NCBI GenBank assembly: GCA_030649135.1
Contig: JAUSGI010000006.1
Location: forward strand, 43,534-107,533
Origin: a bacterium
GTDB lineage: Bacteria > Patescibacteriota > Minisyncoccia > Phycocordibacterales > Zambryskibacteraceae
DNA length: 64,000 bases
Reading direction: 5' to 3'
The position numbers and the translations under genes are program-made. Below are positions 57,963 to 64,000 of this stretch, piece after piece (within the stretch, counting starts at the first letter, position 1; each line of letters starts with the position of its first letter). The notes beneath the pieces are model-generated. The model had not been told where the DNA came from, did not search any database, and worked only from the letters and a program-made list of their open reading frames with translations.

Positions 57963-58718
57963 ATGTACACAAAAATTGAACCATTTGGATATGCTGTGTA
58001 CGGCGAATTAATTGGAAGCACATGGCTAAGTCTTGTCGAGGCTGTGGTTAAAAATGGCCAAATAACAACGGACGAGGGTAGAAAAAGATACTCTCTTCAA
58101 AATATACGAGTAAGATCAGCCACTTCGGCTAGAACAGATCCGCTAATAGCTAAATATGCAAACCAGCAAAATATTGCGGAGATAGTGAAACTCACTTTTA
58201 ACAAAGATCTTATGTATGACATAGACGTAACTCCGTCATTTACTCCTGGGGCGCAAAGTTATTACGCCAGAATTAAAAATTGGAAAATGCTTGATTTCAT
58301 TGTGGGCAGGCTCACAGAAATACCGGAATCAAAAAAGGCGGTAATGTCTTTTATCAGAGAGGAAGATTATATTAAGGTTTTAAAAAACCCAAAAGATGAC
58401 TATTTGCCATGCATTACAACCATACAGTTTAGATTATTAAAAATAGATAATGAAAAAGGGTACCATATGAATATCATTTTTAGTGCCAGATCTATGGATG
58501 CCTACCAAAAATCTATCGGTAACTTGGTAGCCATTGCCATACTGGGGGAAGAAGTGGCAAAACGACTGAAAAAAAATCTGGGGGTTCCCGTCTGGGAAGG
58601 AAGCATCGATGGACTAATAACTGATGCGCATATTTACGACAACACAATAGACGAAGCCAGAAAACTATTAGAATCCTACAAAAAAATAGAGAGCAATGAG
58701 TCACATGAAAAAGCGTAA
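57963..58718 (+). CDS. thymidylate synthase (ThyA)-fold enzyme, divergent (thymidylate synthase or a pyrimidine-deoxynucleotide hydroxymethylase)
   Basis: Aligns to ThyA blocks: YLPCITTIQFRL (compare LAPCHAFFQFYV, catalytic Cys kept, His replaced by Ile); IFSARSMDAYQKSIGNLVAIAIL (compare [21 protein letters not shown]); ITDAHIYDNTIDEA (compare GDTHLYSNHMDQT). N-terminal folate/dUMP-binding blocks are poorly conserved. 252 aa from ATG 57963. Confidence 0.65.
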   Translation: MYTKIEPFGYAVYGELIGSTWLSLVEAVVKNGQITTDEGRKRYSLQNIRVRSATSARTDPLIAKYANQQNIAEIVKLTFNKDLMYDIDVTPSFTPGAQSYYARIKNWKMLDFIVGRLTEIPESKKAVMSFIREEDYIKVLKNPKDDYLPCITTIQFRLLKIDNEKGYHMNIIFSARSMDAYQKSIGNLVAIAILGEEVAKRLKKNLGVPVWEGSIDGLITDAHIYDNTIDEARKLLESYKKIESNESHEKA

Positions 58719-59283
58719 GAAAGTAGTAGTATTTGAAGGAATTGATGGTTCGGGAAAATCGACCCAAGCTCGCTTGCTATATTTTGCTCTTAAAAAAAGA
58801 AATATTTCTGCAGACTTATACCACTTCCCATCGGAGGGTATCATAGGAAAATTTGTTAGGAGTCTTTTGGAGAAGGAAGAATTTGACACTTTGGATTCAA
58901 AATCCCGTGCACTACTTACTGCTTCAGACTTTTACAGCCAATATCACAGGAGCAATAATGATTCGGATATGATTATATTTGACAGATATTTTCATTCCAG
59001 TTATGCATCTAACGATGCCTTAGACGAAGAGTGGATTAAGGCAATACATCAATATGCGCCAGACCCGGATATTGTTTTCTTTTTGGACGGAGAACCGAAA
59101 TCAATCAAAGAAAGGGATGGCATTGATTCCGGTGCAAAAAATGAAGCGAGGCAAAAAATGCTCAGCATTAGATATAAAAAGATATTTGAGAATATACCCA
59201 ATATCACCATCAATGCCAACAAAGATATTGAAACAACGCATCAAGAGGTGCTACAGACCGTTATTAAAAAATTAAATATATGA
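58696..59283 (+). CDS. tmk: thymidylate kinase-family (d)NMP kinase
   Basis: P-loop VVFEGIDGSGKST; FPSEG...IGKFVRSLL (compare TREPGGT...LAEKLRSLL); DRY motif IFDRYFHSSYA; LID-like region. Overlaps the upstream gene by 23 nt. Confidence 0.8.
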   Translation: MSHMKKRKKVVVFEGIDGSGKSTQARLLYFALKKRNISADLYHFPSEGIIGKFVRSLLEKEEFDTLDSKSRALLTASDFYSQYHRSNNDSDMIIFDRYFHSSYASNDALDEEWIKAIHQYAPDPDIVFFLDGEPKSIKERDGIDSGAKNEARQKMLSIRYKKIFENIPNITINANKDIETTHQEVLQTVIKKLNI

Positions 59284-60161
59284 TAAACATAGAAGGAGAA
59301 CTAAAAATGGAAGACAAGGTAAATGAGGACATGGATTTATTAAAATCCCTTGATGACTTGTTTACTGTAAAAAGAGGCTTTGTGATAAAAATGCCGCCAA
59401 AGGGAGAATCGGTAGCTGCTTGTTTATCTGGTGGTATGGACTCGGTTACCAATATAGCAATGCTCATGAAAGAATATGGTTTAAAAGTGTATCCATTTTT
59501 TATTAACAGGGGACAATCCAATTATGTTTACGAAAAAAAGGCGGCCGATTATTTTAATTCCTTTTTTAAAGAAAAGTTTCCCGACCTATACAATGATTAT
59601 CTTGAAATTACAGTAATGACTCCCGGGGAAGAATATAAAGACTTGCTTCGCGATGCCAAGAGGCTGGTTGACCCCTTACCATTGCGCCACAATGTATCTT
59701 ACCCATCAAGAAACCCTATAATATTCTTAACAGGGATGGAGTATGCTTATTCCTTAAAAGCAAAGGGGGTTGAAATTAAAACAATGTTCGCATCTTATGT
59801 CTCTTCCGACTCATCTTATCACTGTGGTTTAACAAATACTCGTTTGATGAATGTGCTGATGTGTCAGATACTAAACGATTGGAATTGGCAATTTATTTCC
59901 ATCCCAATAGAGCGCGAACTGGGAAACTTTTTCGACAAAGACGTGTATGTCAAATGGGGTTACGAGAACAATATTCCCCTCCACTTTTCAAGGACATGCG
60001 TTAAACACTTTGATGTCGAGTGCGGAGACTGCCCGACCTGCTGGGACAGAAGAAGGGGTTATAAAGAAGCCGGTATTGATGATCCGACCCCATATAAATA
60101 TGAGATGTCCTCAGAATTCCCAACCTATTACGACCATGAAAAAGAAGAGCAGATGCAATAA
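59280..60161 (+). CDS. QueC-family PP-loop ATP pyrophosphatase with about 45 aa N-terminal extension
   Basis: PP-loop LSGGMDSVT; FINRGQS (compare FDYGQR); PSRNPIIFLTGMEYAYS (compare PGRNILFLTLASIYAYQ); C-terminal Zn motif CGDCPTCWDRRRG (compare CGxCxxCxxR). Start overlaps the tmk stop (ATGA). Confidence 0.7.
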   Translation: MINIEGELKMEDKVNEDMDLLKSLDDLFTVKRGFVIKMPPKGESVAACLSGGMDSVTNIAMLMKEYGLKVYPFFINRGQSNYVYEKKAADYFNSFFKEKFPDLYNDYLEITVMTPGEEYKDLLRDAKRLVDPLPLRHNVSYPSRNPIIFLTGMEYAYSLKAKGVEIKTMFASYVSSDSSYHCGLTNTRLMNVLMCQILNDWNWQFISIPIERELGNFFDKDVYVKWGYENNIPLHFSRTCVKHFDVECGDCPTCWDRRRGYKEAGIDDPTPYKYEMSSEFPTYYDHEKEEQMQ

Positions 60162-60165
60162 TAAT

Positions 60166-60729
60166 ATGAAAATAGAAACAGAAATTAAATTAGCAATAGA
60201 AGAATCCTCAATAAAAGACGTCATTGCTAGAATCGAACAAGAGTTCGATTGTAAAAAATCTGACCCTTTCCTCCAGACTACGCATCAATTCTTTTTCGAA
60301 GATCATACAAAACAAAAGGCCTTCCCAAGAATCCGTAACGAAGAGAACGGGAGCATTACTTTAACTGTAAAAGCCAAACTAAAAGAAACTAGTGAATTCT
60401 TTAAACGAATAGAGTTGGAAACGACTATTACTAATGCCGAGAAGGTTATCGACATGATGCCATTTTTTGGCTTCCCTAAAAAAATCTCCTGGGAGAAAAA
60501 GCGTCATTCTTTTTTAATGAACGGCGATACTGATGTATGTTTTTTCCTGGATGAGACTCCTATGGGTTGGTTTTTAGAAATTGAGGCGGAGGAAAGTAAA
60601 ATAGAAGAAGCTATTACTAAACTTGGACTACAAGAAGCCCAAAGAATTAATGGGGCTTATCTGGGTCTATGGGAGAAATATAAAAAAGAGCACAATATTT
60701 CTAGGGATAATATGATGTTTGGTGCGTAG
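60166..60729 (+). CDS. CYTH-domain (triphosphate tunnel metalloenzyme) protein
   Basis: N-terminal ExExK signature (MKIETEIKL) and an alternating charged beta-strand pattern. 187 aa from ATG 60166, 4 nt after the QueC-like stop. The track's longer ORF 59947..60729 overlaps the previous gene. Confidence 0.55.
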   Translation: MKIETEIKLAIEESSIKDVIARIEQEFDCKKSDPFLQTTHQFFFEDHTKQKAFPRIRNEENGSITLTVKAKLKETSEFFKRIELETTITNAEKVIDMMPFFGFPKKISWEKKRHSFLMNGDTDVCFFLDETPMGWFLEIEAEESKIEEAITKLGLQEAQRINGAYLGLWEKYKKEHNISRDNMMFGA

Positions 60730-60760
60730 TAGTTTTTGATAGGCACTACCATCGCACTCT

Positions 60761-61990
60761 TCACTTCTTTTTCGACTTAAAGTATTCTTTACCTTTTATT
60801 TTCTCGGGCAACAAGTCCTCTTTAGTATACTCTCCCGCCTGCCCTCCCGATTGGTCGGGAGCGGGCAGGTCGTACCCTTCGCCGTAGCCAAGGTCCTTCA
60901 TCAGTTTGGTCGGGGCATTGCGGATTTTAAGAGGAATGGGGAGATTGCCGTGTTCTTTAGCATCAGACATGGCTGCGAGATAGGCGTAGTAGCCACTCCT
61001 ATCTTTCGGCGCGAGCGATAGATAAATCACTCCGTGAGAAAGGTTGATGCCTGCTTCAGGATAGCCGATGGTTTCCACCGCCCGGAAAACAGCGTTGGCC
61101 AGAGGCAACGCATGAGAATCTGCCATACCAATATCTTCGCTGGCAAAAATTACCATTCGCCTCGCGATAAATTTAGGGTCTTCGCCAGAATCAATCATCC
61201 GCGCTAGATAGTAGAGCGCGGCATCTGGTTGGCTGGCGCGCATGCTCTTGATAAAAGCGCTAATAGTATTGAAGTGTTCATCTCCCTTTTTATCGTACCG
61301 AAGATGTTTTGATTGGAGCGTGTTCTTCAAGTTTTCTATAGTCACGTCGCCATAGAGTCTCTCGGTATTCTCAAGCATCGCGATGGCTTGCCTCGCGTCC
61401 CCTCCTGCCATACCAATGAGCCAGTCTCTGGCATCTTGGTCCATTGAAAATTTCGTGCGTTCGATAATCTCTGCCATTTCCGTATCGGACAATTCGTTTA
61501 AAACGAAAACGCGACAGCGTGATAAAAGAGCCGGGATAACTTCGAAGCTTGGATTCTCGGTCGTAGCACCGATGAGAGTCAATTTGCCTGACTCGACATA
61601 AGGCAGGAGAAAATCTTGTTGGGCTTTATTGAATCGGTGAATCTCGTCGAGGAATAAAACTTTAGGCCCCGCCTTCGCCAAGGCTTCGGCGGGTAAGGCA
61701 AAAAGAGTATTACCTGCTTTAGATTTCTTCTGTACATCTTCAACTATTTCTCGAATATCTTCTTTGCCCGCAGAGACTGCGGAGAGTTCGTGGTACTGGG
61801 CATTGAGAGCCTCGGCATAAATTTTGGCCAAAGTAGTTTTGCCAACCCCAGGCGGCCCCCAGAGGATGAAGGAGAATAAATGCTTTTTAGACACGGCAAT
61901 TTCCAAGGGTTTCCCCTTCCCCACCAAGTGTTTCTGGCCGATAAATTCCTTTAAATTTTTAGGCCTAATTTTAAACGCCAGCGGTTCCAT
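60761..61990 (-). CDS. rarA: replication-associated recombination protein A (AAA+ ATPase RarA/MgsA)
   Basis: Walker [10 protein letters not shown], Walker [11 protein letters not shown], sensor and MgsA C-terminal domains. 409 aa. Confidence 0.85.
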   Translation of the reverse strand: MEPLAFKIRPKNLKEFIGQKHLVGKGKPLEIAVSKKHLFSFILWGPPGVGKTTLAKIYAEALNAQYHELSAVSAGKEDIREIVEDVQKKSKAGNTLFALPAEALAKAGPKVLFLDEIHRFNKAQQDFLLPYVESGKLTLIGATTENPSFEVIPALLSRCRVFVLNELSDTEMAEIIERTKFSMDQDARDWLIGMAGGDARQAIAMLENTERLYGDVTIENLKNTLQSKHLRYDKKGDEHFNTISAFIKSMRASQPDAALYYLARMIDSGEDPKFIARRMVIFASEDIGMADSHALPLANAVFRAVETIGYPEAGINLSHGVIYLSLAPKDRSGYYAYLAAMSDAKEHGNLPIPLKIRNAPTKLMKDLGYGEGYDLPAPDQSGGQAGEYTKEDLLPEKIKGKEYFKSKKK

Positions 61991-62116
61991 CCCTAAATTA
62001 TACTCCTAAGTTAATGTGTGGGCGGTGATCTCGGGTTAAGTGCCTCACGAGTGAGGCTTTGTAAGCGTATTCTAGCATCTTTAGAATCTCTAGATTGAGG
62101 TACTCGGGTCGGGGGT

Positions 62117-62386
62117 CTAATTTTTGCGATAGAGAAAATATTGGACGAGCGTTATGCCCCACATAATAATTCCCACTGCAAAGGAAACCGATGGTAGATA
62201 GGCACCAGTTGCAAGAAAGAAAGCGATTTGCGAAGCATAGAAACCAAGAGCAATAAGTATGGTGAGGATGGGTTGCCCCGAGCGTCTCTCGCGATAATTT
62301 TTTACTATTTGAGCAGGAATTCCGATAAGCACCAAAGCGAGTGAAAAAATACTAACCAAAATACTAAGAGTAAATACTATGTCCAT
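62117..62386 (-). CDS. small 3-TM membrane protein (PQ-loop/SemiSWEET-like?)
   Basis: 89 aa; GIPAQIVKNYRERRSGQ after TM1 resembles a PQ-loop motif. Confidence 0.35.
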   Translation of the reverse strand: MDIVFTLSILVSIFSLALVLIGIPAQIVKNYRERRSGQPILTILIALGFYASQIAFFLATGAYLPSVSFAVGIIMWGITLVQYFLYRKN

Positions 62387-62609
62387 ATATCTATTATATC
62401 TTTTGGCGGTGACGATGTCCGGAAGTTTGAACCGAAAACATGGCTCAAATTCAAGGATATTGATGAAAGTATACGTGAATTAAGGGCAATCTACAAAGTT
62501 CATCCCCAATGGTTTGAAGTACCAAAGCCAAAGTCAGATAAGGGACGAAATGCAGTAGATTATTCTGTCTAGCTTAAAATATGCAGGCTACTCAGGTTGG
62601 TTCACTATT

Positions 62610-63605
62610 CTATTCTGCGGTAAACATTGTATATGGCCCCGATTCGCTAATAGATATACCGCGGGACTTTCTATGGTCTTTATAATTGAAGTTCTTTGTC
62701 AGCTTTTCCAAGTGTATCTTATCCTTTGCTATTGCACATTGGTGGCTATTTGAGAGTATCAATGAATTTATATTCCTGACCTGTCCCTTATCCAATTTCA
62801 TGTAATACTCTGCTTTTGATTTCATGCTCGGTTTTATGTAAAGACAGATATCTGGTCTCAAAGGAAAATATACCGTTGAGTGAGGAGATAAAAGACCATT
62901 AAATTTTGATGTCGATACTGTAAAACAAGGACTATCTGAAGTGATGAAAGAACTACCTTCAGGAGCTACAAGAAATAACCATTGCATTTCAAATATCTTC
63001 TCGGCGTGTCGATCTACTTTGAGAAGGCCTTTTGAGTGACCTGTCTTTGTAAGACCGATTCTGACCGTATCACCATGTATCGCCTCAAAAATCTGCGAGT
63101 TTATTTCTTCCTGCGTCATTTTACTTATCACATCCAGAGCATCACTCTCCATTTTATTCTGTGGGTTATGTTCGAGTATTTTCTCTTTGGACATATGCAC
63201 CTTATCTGGTGATGGAAGGTCTTTTCTCATAAAATGTCGGGTAGTGGCTTCGATCAATTTGTTTGTTTCCTCTCTGTGTCGCGGGGTTCTTGTGTACTGC
63301 AATGCCGTATAAAAAGCCACACAACTCCTGTCCATACCTGATAATAATTCTTCGCTTGCAGTATTTATTTTCCTGATAACTTCAATACCCTTTGTATCAA
63401 TAATTGCTGTAATTTCCTCTGGGAGGTAGGACTTCTCACCGTCATCTTCAAGGACATTAAAATCATCTCTCCAAAAACCCTTCCATCCCGGTCCTCTTTC
63501 TATAATCTGGTTTTCTTCAATAACATAAATATTGAGCTGATTTTCTGTTCCGCTTTTTCTCCATTGAGTAAGATATTTGTCTTGAACGATGTGATGCTTT
63601 GCCAT
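62610..63605 (-). CDS. DUF4238-like protein
   Basis: N-terminus MAKHHIVQDKYLTQW matches the HH(I/V)PQ.YL..W start I recall for DUF4238 family members. 331 aa. No other recognised motif. Confidence 0.4.
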   Translation of the reverse strand: MAKHHIVQDKYLTQWRKSGTENQLNIYVIEENQIIERGPGWKGFWRDDFNVLEDDGEKSYLPEEITAIIDTKGIEVIRKINTASEELLSGMDRSCVAFYTALQYTRTPRHREETNKLIEATTRHFMRKDLPSPDKVHMSKEKILEHNPQNKMESDALDVISKMTQEEINSQIFEAIHGDTVRIGLTKTGHSKGLLKVDRHAEKIFEMQWLFLVAPEGSSFITSDSPCFTVSTSKFNGLLSPHSTVYFPLRPDICLYIKPSMKSKAEYYMKLDKGQVRNINSLILSNSHQCAIAKDKIHLEKLTKNFNYKDHRKSRGISISESGPYTMFTAE

Positions 63606-63661
63606 GACCTTGTGGATAACTTTATTTGTATACTTTCTATTTATTTTCTATACTAACATAT

Positions 63662-64000
63662 ATGCTTACAAAAAAACAAACACAAGTCCTCGATTTTATA
63701 AAAATATATATGGTAAAGCACAGCTACGCCCCCTCCCTAGAGGAGATCAAGCGCAAATTTAAGCTTGCTTCTGTTTCTACCGCCCATTATTATTTAAAAA
63801 AACTACAAGAAGCCGGGCAACTCAAAAAGGAATTTAATCAGCCGCGCGCTGTTTCTACAATAGAGGCAAAACAAACCATCGAAATTCCCATTCTGGGAGC
63901 AATAGCTGCTGGACAACCGATTGAGGCGATAGAAATTCCAGACGAAACTATCACGATTACAAGAGATGAAATTGGAAAGCAGGGCAAACACTATGCTTTG
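63662..64000 (+). CDS. lexA: LexA repressor, N-terminal part (continues beyond window end)
   Basis: Manual translation MLTKKQTQVLDFIKIYMVKHSYAPSLEEIKRKFKLASVSTAHYYLKKLQEAGQLKK is the LexA winged-helix DNA-binding domain. Not in the ORF track because it is edge-truncated. Confidence 0.7.
   Translation, partial: MLTKKQTQVLDFIKIYMVKHSYAPSLEEIKRKFKLASVSTAHYYLKKLQEAGQLKKEFNQPRAVSTIEAKQTIEIPILGAIAAGQPIEAIEIPDETITITRDEIGKQGKHYAL

Noticed and set aside
59947-60165. Longer track ORF 59947..60729 (260 aa) for the CYTH gene.
   Set aside because: Its first 73 codons overlap the QueC-like gene in another frame. The ATG at 60166 directly precedes the ExExK signature and gives a typical CYTH length, so the shorter start was used.
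62021-62060. Hairpin gcctcacgagtgaggc downstream of rarA region.
   Set aside because: Only a 7-bp stem with a 3-nt U-run and no gene ending nearby on that strand; insufficient to call a terminator or sRNA.
63606-63661. Searched upstream of lexA for an SOS (LexA) box such as CTGT-N8-ACAG or GAAC-N4-GTTC.
   Set aside because: Neither consensus is present; only short direct repeats (tttctat x2) that I cannot tie to LexA binding.

Overview
This window is AT-rich (roughly 40-48% GC by eye), compact, and has many overlapping start/stop junctions. The gene set looks like a reduced-genome bacterium, most plausibly a Candidate Phyla Radiation (Patescibacteria) lineage: lysine-rich N-terminal tail on RpoD, no rimM, and a type IV pilus plus comFC competence locus. 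That taxonomic call is inference, not a database result.

Main content, in order:
- 1..3544: a Type III restriction-modification pair (mod then res, minus strand; res runs off the left edge).
- 3.5-13 kb: an accessory stretch of small hypothetical, secreted and membrane proteins. It includes an XRE-family regulator, a SAM-dependent methyltransferase and an HD-domain hydrolase. Two clearly GC-richer blocks sit here: a pair of small genes each with its own terminator at about 7.3-8.6 kb, and a fatty-acid desaturase island at about 10.5-12.5 kb.
- Housekeeping on the plus strand: typA/bipA, a HisRS catalytic-domain-only protein, a DEDD exonuclease and a DsbA-like oxidoreductase.
- A long minus-strand block: a protein with PD-(D/E)xK and DEDDy nuclease motifs, rpoD, dnaG, rpoC, rpoB, trmD, then a two-gene cassette (four-helix-bundle protein plus transglutaminase-like protein) flanked by imperfect inverted repeats, a KH-domain protein, rpsP, a GC-rich single-gene insertion, and a short prfB.
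- A copper module: cupredoxin-like protein, an HMA-domain membrane protein, copA and csoR.
- A tRNA cluster: two tRNA-Thr, tRNA-Asp and tRNA-Met, with a duplicated GC-rich upstream element before each tRNA-Thr.
- gatA, gatC and ligA.
- A complete type IV pilus locus (four minor pilins, pilD, a large peptidoglycan-binding secreted protein, two tandem pilA genes, pilC, pilT, a receiver protein, pilB, pilO/N-like genes, pilM) with comFC divergent from it.
- rarA, a DUF4238-like gene, and a partial lexA at the right edge.

The most unusual part is a tightly coupled four-gene operon at 57.96-60.73 kb: a divergent thymidylate-synthase-fold enzyme, thymidylate kinase, a QueC-like PP-loop ATPase with an N-terminal extension, and a CYTH-domain protein. 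It is transcribed divergently from an Rcl/NDT-like protein fused to a C-terminal ribbon-helix-helix domain. The shared intergenic region carries tandem direct repeats overlapping the operon promoter. I propose this as a candidate regulated deoxynucleotide-modification or salvage system of unknown product.

No CRISPR array or rRNA was seen; a reverse transcriptase was looked for only next to the Avd-like four-helix-bundle gene and is absent there. Most plus-strand ORFs of the six-frame track that lie opposite the long minus-strand genes (rpoB, rpoC, dnaG, ligA, the pilus genes, the 45931..47883 gene) were treated as antisense artefacts.
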